NCBI RefSeq assembly: GCF_006345805.1
Contig: NC_043002.1
Span: forward strand, 38,378,001 to 38,442,000
DNA length: 64,000 nucleotides
Reading direction: 5' to 3'
Source of the DNA: Octopus sinensis
Lineage: Eukaryota
A program made the translations under genes and the position numbers. Below the pieces are notes generated by a model. That model was not told the DNA's origin and ran no database searches. It saw only the letters and a program-made list of their open reading frames with translations. Positions within the stretch are counted from its first letter, which is position 1. Every line of letters starts with the position of its first letter. Positions 41,437 to 55,370 of this stretch are shown one piece after another.

Positions 41437-41650
41437 CGCCATGTTGATTCGCTAGACTCTGCACGCATTTTTTCTCTCTCCTTGTTTCTCTCCGTGTTTC
41501 TTTTCTGTGTATCTTTCTGTTGAAGAGCGTAGGCTCGAAACGTAAAAGACTTGTTTTATTTATATTCCTGAGCGCCATACTAATACAATTGTTTGTTTGT
41601 ATTCCACCTGCCTTCGTCTTTTGTTTATTTTCATAAAGCTTCCCGTTATA
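41437..41650 (+). mobile_element. Short TA-anchored PLE-type element carrying a minimal hammerhead
   Basis: Shares gaagagcgtagg.tcgaaacgtaaaa.ac...tcc.gagcg...actaataca with 21795-21950 and ends in (TA)n. Confidence 0.65.
41512..41549 (+). ncRNA. Minimal type I hammerhead ribozyme motif with one core substitution
   Basis: Stem I tcttt/aaaga, core CUGUUGA (canonical CUGANGA), extra A, stem II gagc-gtag-gctc, GAAA, palindromic ACGU stem III and GUA cleavage triplet. Confidence 0.65.
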
Positions 41651-41665
41651 TATATATATATATAA

Positions 41666-41890
41666 TTAATCCAAACATGAACAAAGAGAAAACACAACAA
41701 AGCGAGGATGTGGAACAAGTATAGTGTTATCGGACGCTCAGGAAATGAATGAAACAAGGAGGATTTTAACGTTTCGAGCGGAGCTCTTGGTCAAAAACAT
41801 AGAAAAAGGAAAGGTCCAAGGAAGGAAAGACGGAGAAAGAAAATCGCCAACGATACACAAGCCGTCACATATTGCAATGACTGGAAATGA
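41666..41890 (-). mobile_element. Second short PLE-type element with a degenerate hammerhead (41794-41768), tail-to-tail with the previous one
   Basis: Minus strand ttgacca-a-gagc-tcc-gctc-gaaa-cgtt. Its 3' end abuts the same (TA)n tract. Confidence 0.55.
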
Positions 41891-42124
41891 ATGGGTGAAG
41901 AAAAAGTTCTTTCAAAGACAGAAGAGTGCAACAGAAGGAGGTATGTGTGTGTATGTGTGTGGGTATGTGCGTGCACACAGATGTGCGTGCACACAGATGT
42001 GTGTGTGTGTGTGTGTGTGTGATGATAGCACGTGTGTGTGCATGTGTGGTTGTGGCTGTTTATCTATGAGTGTGGTTGGGCTTGGTATAGTTTAAGGTCA
42101 TAGGAAGAATATATAGTAAGAATT

Positions 42125-42172
<48 letters not shown>

Positions 42173-42183
42173 ATATACATACA

Positions 42184-42212
<29 letters not shown>

Positions 42213-42215
<3 letters not shown>

Positions 42216-42580
42216 CTCTTTTACTCTTTTACTTGTTTCAGTCATTTGACTGAGGCCATACTGGAGCACCGCCTTTAAAAATATCAGTGCCTCGGGTATG
42301 TATATGAATGTATGCATATATCTATATGTCTAGACTTTTGTGTCTTTGCGTTTGTGTTTGACTCGCCCACCATTTGATACCGGTGTTAGTTTGTTTATCT
42401 CCCTTTAACATAGCAGTTCGTCATAACAGAACGATAGGAAAAGTTCGAGGCTTTAATACATCAAATACTGGGTTAGGATTACGATTAGGGTTGGGGCCGA
42501 TTAATGCGATTTAAGCCCTTCAAAGCAGTGCTCCAGCGTGGCCACAGCCCAATGACTGAGACAAGTAAACGATAAAAGAA
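42213..42580. mobile_element. Two oppositely oriented 3' fragments of SINE family B (42213-42280 minus, 42340-42580 plus)
   Basis: ttacttgtttcagtcatttgactg.ggccat.ctggagcaccgcc, and the reverse-oriented gtgctccagcgtggccacag.ccaatgactgagacaagtaa. Confidence 0.7.
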
Positions 42581-43354
42581 AAGATAGTTAATCAGATCTT
42601 AAGTTCAGTAGCAATCACTCTATAGAATATTGGATGTTCTATACCGATAATCATTGGAAATGTATTCGATTGAATAATTGAAATTTTTCTATAACGCTAA
42701 ATATCTCGTTCAATTTTCTTCTCATATTCTTGCTTTCATCTCATCGACTTTAATCTGCCAGAGGAAGTAAATATATATGCTATGTTATTTATTAATTCAG
42801 TCCGAATCTTTAGATTTATGGTTGGGATAGCATATAATTCATATATGCCGGTCTCTATTAAAACAGTGTTACATGAGATTTTAAGTTGTACTTATTTAGG
42901 TATATGCTTTCCAGATTTCAGTTCCAACCAACCAAGCTACATATATTCTTATAAAATTTTGAAAAGAAGCCAACAGTAGAAATGCTTTTTTCTTTTAAAT
43001 TTCATAAATGATAAATGTAACAGCAAAGTGCTGAAACTCACCTAATTGTTGCTTACCATCTTAGTCAGTGGCATTAAATGTCAGCTTATCGCAAGTAACT
43101 TTCCCAGAAAATAGAAGTGTTTGCTTTCCATACCTGCTTTGTGAACTAATGCGCAAATAATTGTTTTACACAGAGACACACTGACATTTCTAGCAACGGA
43201 TAAGAATTCCTGGTTTACAAGTTAAGTAAAAAGAAATCCTCTCCAACTTGTAGTTTAGCTCCTGATTAGTCAGAAATATTATGATCAATGGCAAATTAGA
43301 GACGACTGTTTTATCTTGTTTTTATAGTGTTTAAGTAACACCATGTTATCTGCT

Positions 43355-43712
43355 GTAGGCGCATGGCTCAATGGTTAGAGTCTCATGCTTACAGTCGAGA
43401 GGTAGAGAGCCCGATTTCCGGACCGGGCAGTGTGTTGCACTCTGTCTTAAGCAAGATACCTTATTTCACGTCGTTCCAGTTCACTCGGCTGTAAAAATGA
43501 GTTGAGCTGCGACGTCACTAGTGCCAAGCTCTTTCGGGCTTTGTCTTTCCTATGGATAAGATCGGTGGCATTGAGAAGGGAAGCTGGTATGCATGGGGGG
43601 GGGCGACTGCTGGTCTTCCATAAACAACTATACCCGGATTGGTGCTTCGGAGGGAAACCTTCTGGGTGCATTGCATTGTCATTCATGACCGAAAGGGTCT
43701 TTACCCTTTTTT
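43355..43712 (+). mobile_element. SINE family A copy with an alternative 3' end
   Basis: ggcgcatggctcaatggttagag...cttaagcaagatacc...gttgagctgcgacgtcactagtgccaagct...ggtcttccataaacaac. Confidence 0.85.
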
Positions 43713-44379
43713 ATATTATCCTGTTTCAAAAATAATTGGAAGTGGGCGCAGATCGATATGATGTATATCTGACGGTGATTTCAAGCAACTTGAGCGAAGA
43801 CACAGAGGGTTAACATTACCTAAGACTTCCTTTATACATTTATTGTTTTGTTATCTTTTTAAAACTATCTATAATTTCTACCTTAATAAGTAGGTTTATG
43901 CCTTTAATTGATGCAAATCTATCAGAACAGCAAAAACTAATCAGAAATCGTGTAATATTAAAAAGATTTTCTGGCCTTGAAACCTGTTATATAGAACCAA
44001 ATTGGATGTATCAAATTTAGGTTAACATCTCCGTTTCCAAAATGACATAAACACATCTTTAATCAAAGCAAAGATGATCGGCGTATAATTGTCTCTGAGG
44101 AAATTATTTCCGGATTATTGATTTTCAAATAAATCGACAAACATTCCTTCTATAAATATTCATTAATTCTCTGTGGGGAATATATATTTAGGTTTGCGTT
44201 CAAGTAATTTTAGTTTTCAAACATCTAGAGTAGGCGTGTTGGCCTGAAAAAGAAAGCTTCTAGATTACTTTTTCAGCGGATCACATTTAACCTCGATGTA
44301 CTCAACACTTCAGAATCTATACACAAATAATATACAATTTCTTTTGCTTACTACCACTTTATGTATATATGTAAGTGTA

Positions 44380-44468
<89 letters not shown>

Positions 44469-44479
44469 CTGTCAGTATG

Positions 44480-44900
44480 TGGTATAGCTGTATGACCAAG
44501 AATCTTGCTTTTCAAAGATATAGTTTCGGCTTCAGGCACACTGTACACCAACTTCGGTATTATATTAGCACTAGATATCTTGCTCCGACTTATCACTTTA
44601 TCATGTTAAAAGGGTGGAGAGGGTCTGTGATTTGTTCTAAAAGCCTTATTGGACCTAAGAATTTTGCACAGGTATTGCTTTGTCAATGGTGGTCATACTC
44701 GTTCACGTGTTACCAGCCGTTATTTATTTTGTGTAAATGCGTGTTTGTTTGTGTAATATTTCGGTGTTGTTGCCTTAGTTGTATTCGTTCCAAGTCAGCT
44801 TTCATTCAACAGATCTATGACCAAAGGCATTCCAGTTTTATCTATCTTACCTTTTTTATTGCTATCAATCATTGCATCATCAAGTGCGTCTATCTTTGAT
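44480..44900 (+). mobile_element. Highly decayed SINE family B-like copy
   Basis: gtatagctgtatgaccaagaatcttgctt...ttcggcttcagg resembles the family B head. Confidence 0.45.
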
Positions 44901-45445
44901 TTTTCGATGGAGATGAATTGAATATAAAGAAGATTTGACTTCTATTCCTGTGAGATTGAACAACCACTTACATATTACTTCTTTATTGTGAATTTCATGA
45001 GATAAATAATACAAGTGCCTGACGACGAAAACTCCACATCCTCCATTCTTTATCTTCTGTGTAACTTCTCAAATTTATCCCAACAAATAACTATAAATCA
45101 ATTCTGAATAATGTCTCATTCATTATTGATTCTTTATTTACAGTATGTAATGTAATTCGTATCTAGTATTAAATTAAAGACAAAAAACTGGAATGGCATT
45201 GATGAAATTTGGTTCACTCCTTTAAAGATTACTGTAAGACGTTCTTTAAAATTTTGATCACCTGCAACGATTGAAACAATAGCAGGTTTATAAGTATTTG
45301 AATCGACTATATTTAACTAAAATGAGAGGAGCAAGCCTCCTGGTGTGTGTAGCTGTGCAGATGGCTATTTATGCGTTTGGATCTTTGAATTTGTAATCAT
45401 AAAGGAAAAGAAGAAACTGAAAGTGCACAACAAACACACACATAT

Positions 45446-45512
<67 letters not shown>

Positions 45513-45542
45513 CATATATATTTGTTTATAGATATGTGTGCA

Positions 45543-45616
<74 letters not shown>

Positions 45617-46804
45617 ATGCATATATATATACATATATAAATATATATTTATATAATATATATACATACAATATATATACATAATACATATAATATTTGT
45701 ATACATATATACATACAATATCAGTATATATGCATATACATATATTTACGTATATATGGGTGTGCGCGTCTGTCTATCTCACTGTCTCTCTGTGAATACG
45801 TGTGTATTTATGTATGTATTACATCAGAATCAAAGTCTCTATTATGGTTCTTTGTTCTTGCACTGATTTTGTTTGTATTGCAATAACAATTCACCTTAAG
45901 CATTTACGTGTTCAATGAAATGTTACAGAGGAGTGTACATACGAATTAATGCTTTCGTCATATAATGCTACATCATAAGACAAATAATTGAAGTTTTCAA
46001 CTAACTCTTATAAATCGTAGCCAAGTACATCTATTAATGGCAAATTAGAACTGGAATTGCTCTTGCTGTGTTCTTTAATACATTGTATGTTAGTCTTATT
46101 GTTTTTCTATTTGGTGACACCTTTATTCAGAACCCCAAAAGACGCAATCAATTTCAATTTCTTTTGCTATGGTTTCTATTTATTGACTTACAGCCAAGTA
46201 AACTTGTGGCGAAAATCCGTATCTGTAATATGATGTAATGTTAATTATTATAGACCCTATAAAATTATACTTATTGATGAAATTCAGGTCGTATTAAATT
46301 ATCGTTAGTTGATAGGAAGTATTTGTCGTCTATTTCGTCATTATAACTTCGCTAACAAACTTATATATCATACTTGCGATAGAGAAGTTATAATTTAAGT
46401 CTCTAAGCTTATTGTGGAGTAAGTTTCACTTCTTTTCAAAATATACCTCACCCTACATTTTGAATAATGTCAGCAGTAGATAACTTTTAAAAAGATTACT
46501 ACGATTTTGGAAGATATAAAATTGGTGTGTCACTCTTATTTGTTGACAAATATGAATATATGTTAAACTAATAAAAGGATATTTCTATCCAATCATATGA
46601 GCTAATCATTATAAAAGCGAGTAGTATAAATAAATGAAGCGAATTCCGTGTATAATTAGTATTAATTTTAGTTACTTATTTCGGCATTATTTTATTCAGA
46701 ACATAAATGGTTGAACACTGTATCGGTTCTATAATACTTATGTCTGTTGTAAAGATATATTTCTTTTTTTTCTTTTTTTTTTTCTATACGAGACGCTCTT
46801 GAGA

Positions 46805-46990
46805 CGAACTGGCAGAATCGTTAGAGCATCATAAAAATTGCTTAGAGACATTGCTTCCGACTCTAGGTCCTAAGTTCAAATCGTCCCGGAGTTCGATTTG
46901 AACTCAGAATGAAACACAATCAAGTACTAGTAAAATACAATACCAGTAAAGTACTGAGATCGATGTCATAGACTTGTTCCTTTCAATTGA
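46805..46990 (+). mobile_element. Old SINE family C-like copy
   Basis: gaactggcagaatcgttagagc...cctaagttcaaatc. Confidence 0.65.
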
Positions 46991-49900
46991 ACTTGCTAGC
47001 TCGGAATTCTGCAACAGACCGGCGTCGCGTTCGGTAGTAGGATGTTGTAATCTCGATCACTTATACGCTGTGGAAACCGTGTAACGGACCTACGAGACTT
47101 CGGGCTCAAGACATCAAAATAAGAAACCAGTCACACGCGGATTGTGAAATAACTAATGAGAGCTTAATTAAAATACACGTGTATAGATACTATGTTTGTA
47201 CTGTTTAAACAAAAGATATCCCAAAGCCTAAATCTTATTTTTATTTTGTCTTTTAGCAGTTCTATCTGCTTTCTCTTAATTTTGAATTGAAAAAAAAAAT
47301 TTCAAGTTGTGGTGTTGTATGATACCTATTAGTAATCTGCGCTAGATATCTCACCGCAGATAAATTGTACGAAATACTTAGATTTTTAAAACACATAACT
47401 ATGAAGTATCTATCATACGTAATTAACTAGTATATTGAAACTGAAAATTAATATCATTTGTAAGGTTTGATTACAATTATAATGAGAAACAGGACTTATT
47501 ACTTGAGCGCATGCTCCTAATATCTGTTCAAATACATCACAAAATGTATTTGAACAGATATTCAAATACATTTTTAGCTGACGAGCTGCAGTTATATAAT
47601 TTTCCATTATTATTTGTTCTTTGGGGGCGTAAATGAGTACAGGAAAATTTACATTAAAAATTTCTATCTAACGAATTTTGTTTAATGTTAGCTAATTTTA
47701 CGAAATAGCGGTTTTCTTTCAAAACTCTCCACTTGTTCCAACAAGATTTAATGAATAATCAAGTTTTAATCAATATGTTTATTGGTTACTGTTTAATTGA
47801 AAAATAATTCAAAACAAAACTTTTGAAAATTTGGAGTTTTCATTCACTTCATTTAAGCTTCTCAAAAATTAAATATAAAAGCAAATGTCTACACAGCGAT
47901 ATACTAGAATTGATAGATCATTTCTAAGAAAATCCCTTTCCTTTCTTGAGTTCAAATCACAGGAGATCAAGTTTGAGTGGCATTGTTCCAGGGGTTAATA
48001 TGTACCAGCCAACTAACTACTTTATTTGATATTTACTCCGACTTATATTTAACCCATTGTACTTACGTTCTTTGAACTGTGAGTTTTATGAAATAACAAT
48101 AATGATTTCTTCTTTATAAGCAAAGCCAGCAGTTCTTAGGGGAGTGTGTTAGTTAGTAATATCCTTGTTAGAACTTCACAGGTATTTTATTTTATCGACT
48201 CCGAAAGGATAAAAGGCATTGTAGGTCTAGGCGGAATATGAGTTCAGTACATAAATAATCAGAAAATATAGCGCATGATATTTTTCCCAGCAATCCAAAG
48301 ATTCTTTTAATCCACAGATTTACCTTGAATAAAAATAATAAATATATTGTAGGCATTGTTTTATTTTATTGGTATTGGAAGTCGTCACAATCCATTGGGT
48401 AATAGCGTTTTAAATACTTCTTTAAATATTGGGAGAGTTGAATCCTCTTAGTATCAGACAAACAGCTCACGCTATAAAAATATGTATCACTTTTATACTT
48501 TTTTCACTGATTATTTTACTGTATTTATTTACAGTGCTTTTAATGATAGTCAATTCATTAACATCATACTTAATGTAGAGACCATCAAAGAGTTTATTTA
48601 CAGGCTCTCCAGATAACCAGGCATGTGAGGAAAAAACCAAAGTACTAACTAAAAGAAAGACTCTAAATATGTAAAACTATGTTAGCCCATGAAAATAGCA
48701 TTCTTTTAATTCGGTACCTGTAATTAACAGCTTATTTAACACAACAACATTTTTTAACAAATGATTACATCGATACGACTTCAGAAGCGACGGCATAGTA
48801 AGATCAGGTGGTCCCAGTTTTGCCACCCACTATGTCCACGACTTACTGGTGGTGCTGGGCTGCCAGACGGCTTCCCTCGTCGGCGCCTCATCCGCTGCAA
48901 TAAATGTGTTTCATATAAAAGAGAATACATGAGGCTAAGAATCTATGCAGATGGAATTTCCTAGTAACTGTAGTTTATGAATAGTGCTTTTAGCATGGCG
49001 CCCCTTTTTCTGTACAAGATTGAATTTGTCTATACTGAAGTTGTCGATATGTCTGAGACTGATATGAGAAGGTAGAAATTCGCGTATGCCATGCGATGCC
49101 ATTTACATTAGATCCTCTCGTATTTATGACCTACTAAAGTTTGTTCGCAAAAGTGCACCGCATACTTTACTTCTGCAGTAAGGAAAATACATTTTCTCAA
49201 TGACAAATATTAATTATAGTCATTTCAGCAATTACGGGATATTTTTTTCGCTTATGAACCGTCCCAGCGGAACAGAGATACTTCTGTCGAAGTAGTGATT
49301 TAAGTATTACTAATTATGTCTAAAACATTTTATAGCATTTATAGGCTTCATGAAGCAGCATATATAAAAAGATAAATTATTGTGTTCATTCACAGTGGCG
49401 TGGGCAGTATCATTTGTGCATTCAATGTCTTTGTCGTGTATACAACCAGTACTATTAGCAAGACACGATTCCCGATTCATGGGTGGTTGTCACGCACCTT
49501 ATTAATTCATCAACACGTGTTGTCGTTTGATTGTAAGATATTGTAAACTTTTAAGTAGCTTTGTTTCAAAATTTCTTTCGCTTTATGTTATTCCCGACGC
49601 TGCTTCTCTCATAGGTTACACTCTGAGAATCGATGTCTATAGGTATTTTGAAGATGTCCTTTGTCTGATAATCGTGTGTATTTAAAATGGATAACGTAAA
49701 TTGAATGTTATATAAGAAGATTTCTTGGTAAGACGTAACTATTTACTAGTCTTCACTACATTATAATCAGACGTTATTTTTTTATTGAAGAGTTTCTCAG
49801 TTGCCAACAGTGTGTAATAAAATGGCTTCAATTTGTTTTTTTATTTATTCAGTAAATATACTCTTACAAATAACGGCTATTGGTTTTATTTTTCTTTCTA

Positions 49901-50289
49901 TTAGATTATCAACATATTCAGCTTCAATTTTTGCATCTTCATTTTGTCTGACAAAGAGAATATCATTGCTTTTACTTGTATATGAAGCGAATAACTCATG
50001 TGAGAGATTGTAAAATATGACGTGAAAAGTTATACACATCCCATTTTAAAAACATGGCCGTCTACCTACAAATTAAGGACTTTTATCAGTTGTTTAGTAC
50101 CACTGGAAATTAACCAGCTGATCATTAACTAAAGTCAGTTGACTTCTGCTCTTTGTATGAGTACATAACATGGGCAGTATATGCGATTTGAATTGTAATA
50201 TTTTGCTAATTCTTGACCAGTGTGTTTTAGATTTTCCTCAAATACGGCTTTCAAAAACTCAATATTGAGAGTAATTGGTCGTTCAGATC

Positions 50290-50729
50290 AAGGGGAATCT
50301 GTGAGAGAAACATCTAATTAACATCACTTTGAACAATAATGGTCAAAATGATAACGAAGATTTTATAACAGAGAAATATTTTGTGGGACAGTAAATCCTA
50401 TCGCATTTCCGGTACGATCACTTTGAGGGTAGTTTTGCAATACCTACCGTAAAAGAAGCATTCAATTATACATGCTAATGTCTTTTTTTCTTTCTTTGGA
50501 TATTACTTTATACCATAGTCGTTATATTCGTATCGATTTTGCCCTTTTGAAACGAGTTTTCATCAGACCCATGTCAGATATTACACGCTACATAAATTCA
50601 AAAGAAGCTCTTAAACAAGGGAAAGAAATATTTGTCCTATCCTTGGAGAAGGAACTTTAAGTGTCCAGACATGCCAATGATTATTTGACTATTTTCTTTC
50701 GGAAAATATTTCTCTCACAGATTCCCCTT
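50290..50729. mobile_element. MITE with 21-bp perfect TIR aaggggaatctgtgagagaaa
   Basis: 50290-50310 is the exact reverse complement of 50709-50729. Confidence 0.75.
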
Positions 50730-51954
50730 TATGTGGAGGCCCAATTTTCGACAATATTGAGCTTCTTAAATCCGTAGTCGATGAAAATCCAAAACAAACT
50801 CTTCAATAATAACCATAATAATTTTGAAAAATAAAATCCTCTAAGCTATTGAAATATTAATGAATTATTCTCTGGTCTCGTTCCTTGAATAGGTGAGCTG
50901 ATAAAGTACATTAAGATAATTTACATGTTTGTTTTCGGAGTCAAGAAAGACTTACGCGTAGCGCCTGATGCAACTTTTATGGATACTAATTATACAATTT
51001 GTAAACGATAATATTTACATTCATTCAGGAACATCGTTCTTATTCTATTCTGGAATTACATGGCGTCGAAATATCACGTCTTTTACAGCATATTTTCACA
51101 AAAGTTCACATGCTCTTTGACCGATAAACTCACCTCGCAAAAGCCGAACGATCTATTATTGTAAATATCCCGAATGATATTATTTTGTTTATTTTTTAAT
51201 AATAACAACTAATATATATTATCATCATCAGTCAGCTGCCAAGAAATAATATTGAATTTAACAAATATAAATCTCGCTGAAGCTGAATTGCTTTTGTTTT
51301 CAGTCACGAAATATAAAACAGTTTGACCTCAATTGAGAAGTGGATCCAAATATTTGGCAAGGCTTCAATAAATATTTATCCCACTCTCTTGCTCACCGCT
51401 GACCAACACACAACCCCCAGAAAAGTGGTTTCATTCAATCACTATAATCCATCATCAATTTCACAATTAGCTCTGAGCGTGCTGCAACGAAGTAAGCTGA
51501 ATAAAACGAAATTCATAAATAGATTTTCATTCATTGCATAGATGTATAAATTGTTTTTTAAAACTATCTTATCGTGCCCCAGAGATTCGCGAAATGGGCG
51601 TTTAGTTCTGAAACTAGGACCTTTTCGGCTGGTGAGACATAAATATACTCTTGTATGAGTTTGTATAAGGTCAAAGATGCGTCTGAGATACAATATTTCA
51701 ATAAGGCTGTCTCTAGTTTGACAGCAAGGCGAATTTAGTCATTTAGAAATAAGCGTTCTTCAAAGAACTGAACGAAATATCTATAAATGATATGAAGTAA
51801 TGTATCAAGAGCTAATACCACACAAACTTCTGATGCATTAAAAATATATTATCATATTAGTTATCTCGCATATGCCCTGTCTGGTACTAAGTGTCTGTAT
51901 TATAAAAACCGATCTGTGTGTGTTTGCGTGAGTGGCGAGTGTATATGCATACAT

Positions 51955-52057
<103 letters not shown>

Positions 52058-52233
52058 TATATATACATACACACACACTTATTTTAGTGTTGTTGACACT
52101 GCCAGATTGAATGGTACTATCCAGGTGTTGAAACCATAATGATATCCGTGGGGCAGCTGATGAGGCAAGTATGTCGGATTGTTTGTATGGTGGTTTTTGT
52201 ATATGTTCAATTGTATTATAGCACATCTTTTTG

Positions 52234-52303
<70 letters not shown>

Positions 52304-54529
52304 AGAGAGAGAGAGAGAGAGAGAGAGAAACAGAGAGGGAGAGAGAGAGTGAGACAGAGTGAGAGATAGAGAAAGGGATAGAGAGTCAGAACGAGAGAGA
52401 GAACTGAAAGAAAGAGTTCTCCGGCAGATTGATATAATGATCTTTTCAGCTTTCCAGCCAATATCTCAATTTAACTATCTCTATATACTTCCAAGAGCCA
52501 ATAAATAAAATTTATTTATTAACCAATAAATAAAAAAAACTTCAAGTCAGTTTTAGAATTACTAATTATGTTAGAAGTTAATAAGTATTTGACTTTTTTA
52601 AAAAATGTGTTTTACTCCAGTGATATGGAAAGCTCTTAATTTTTGTGACCCATAAGTTAACTACGGGGGCACAAATATTCAACTATTAGTATATCTGGAG
52701 TAGAATGGGATCAGTTTTAATAGACTTACAGAAGTTGTCCATGCAAACTGTTACTAGGCCATGAGGTTGTTCATTGTATACTGGGGTCGATCTAATCGAC
52801 TAGCCCCACCCCACAAAATTTAGGGTCATGTGCCTAGAGTAGAAAATATTAGGCTAGTGGTTGATGATAAATGTAGAAGCAAATGAAAGTATGGTATCTC
52901 CTGGCATCCGAGGATGCTCCGACATCGAAGCCGTGCTCCAACATTTAATTGAAGTCATTGAAAAGTAAAGAAGTCTAAGCATGAAATCAAAGTCACGGCA
53001 TATTTATATACTTTATCGATAACGTAGTGACATATAGATCATTTATCGTCTGCATTTATTTTTCATACTTCTACGTAGATAAGTTTAACATAGCTGATCC
53101 TTCCCTGAGGATAAAATTGATTTCTGAATAATGCAGTTTTCTTGTAGAAAGCGCAGCAGATTTTGAGACGTATTTCCACAAAAGAGAACATCTAACATTC
53201 ACACTACTGTAAAAAAAAAAATACGACAAATGTAAGATATGAATACTAATTAATAGAAACCATGATGAATTAAATATTACCAAATCAGGAAGAATAACAA
53301 AAAAGTGACGAATACGTAACTAAAGTATACCTAAATCACACGCCTATTATACGTAATGTCCTAGATTATCCCTAAAAAGACAGTTTGCTGAGAGCTGGAA
53401 TGTCTTTGATGATGGGTTTGCTGTATCAGGGTTGATTTGTGACTAAATAACAACATTATGGTAAATTTCTATATTATAATACCCGCACGATTTTCACTAA
53501 GAAAAAAACCCCAAAAATTTGATATTTTGTGTTGAATCAAGTACCCTCACCTCCTAATATGCCGCAAATCCCATATTCTGATTCGGAAAAAATTACTGGA
53601 ATCATTGGAATTTTGTTTTCGTTGAATGAATTCCTGTGATCTAATGTTGCTAAATTAGGTTACTTAATGAGAGCCTGGTAACTGGTGGTTTTGGGGCCTT
53701 GTTGTCTGTAACGTTTGGTGAGCCATGGTGCAACGAACAACATGGTAAAAATCCCTGCCATTAATTTGGTATGGATAGGTAATATCAAATAATTCAATGA
53801 CAACATATATTTAAATTAAATATTAAAGAATTGAAATGTTATCATCACTTGCATGGAAAAATTGAAACATTATCATTTTATAAGGTAAAATCTTAAATTA
53901 TTAATTGACACATTATTAATTATCTTATAACAGCAATGCCTGGAAAATCATGGATTACATGAAAAAATGCGAGCATGAAAAGTAATATTCTTAAGATTAT
54001 AAAACTGGAAAAGTACAGGACAAGTGATTACACCCGTAAAAGTATAGGACAAGCTATTACTTCTAGTAAAGAATAAGAAATATTTTATTTAAAATATTTG
54101 AGCTAAAATTAAAATTTGAAGATTAAATCTTGTTTTATTATAGTTTACAAACAACACTATACATATTTAAGTGGAATTTGGCTAATTTACTACCTTAAAT
54201 ACAGAAAAAAGTGACTAATTGGACAAACTGACAAATTGGCTGAACAGTTTTGTATAATAAATTTAAAAGATGAGAACTGTAAAGAGTTACAAATTAGAAG
54301 AACTGGCATCTTTGCTGCAATATTTTAAGTAAAACGTTTCTTATTCTTTTCTTTACTAGAAGTAATAGCTTGTCCTATACATTTTTTTCAGTGGATTCGA
54401 AAGGATATCATTATTGGAAATTCGCGCGTATGTATATGTGTGTGCATGCGATTATGCATGTGTAAGCGTGTTTTGTATAGGTGTATGACTGTAAAATTGT
54501 ACGCGTATGTATACGTAATTGTCTCTATG

Positions 54530-54570
<41 letters not shown>

Positions 54571-54671
54571 ATACATATATATGTATGTATGTACACATAT
54601 AAACATATATATATATGTAAATACATGTATATATGTATATATATGCATATATACATACATACACACACACA

Positions 54672-54743
<72 letters not shown>

Positions 54744-54953
54744 ATATAGTGTTAGTACCACTCTTATTAATCTTATTAATTTTATTTACCTGTGAAGCTG
54801 CTTCAGTGGCACAAGTGCCAATAGTTTCATGCCTTCCTCTGGTGTAACATTTTAAACAAACGAACCTGGCTGTATGTGCTTGTGTAAGAGATAGTGAGAA
54901 AAGTAGAGAGAGATAGAGAAATAGAGAAACACAAAGCCAATCTAAAGGCAAAT

Positions 54954-55041
<88 letters not shown>

Positions 55042-55070
55042 CAGAAAAATAGAAATATGGATAGATAGAT
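54530..55070. repeat. Compound (TG)/(TA)/(CA) and (GATA)n microsatellites
   Basis: Direct reading. Confidence 0.95.
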
Positions 55071-55331
55071 AGATGACAAACATGTTTATGTTTATTATCT
55101 GTTTATTCTTTATTTTGCTTTTTTTCTCGCTCTTTCGTAAAATATCAAATGATTTTAGTTACGCTTCTCCTGTACAAAATCGCTCGATACATTTCAAGGA
55201 TTCTAAGTTTATTTCTTTTTGGATTCATTTATTTTGCCCTGGGGAAAGCTACCCATTTTTACGACGTGCAACGGAAAATTATGACATTCCCAGTTATGCT
55301 GTTTATATTCTGCTGTTGCTGTTGCTGCTGC

Positions 55332-55370
<39 letters not shown>

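Noticed and set aside
47030-47160. ggtagtagga|tgttgtaa as a PPT plus LTR start
   Set aside because: The PPT is weak, and no second LTR, terminal CA with TSD, or gag/pol remnant was found.
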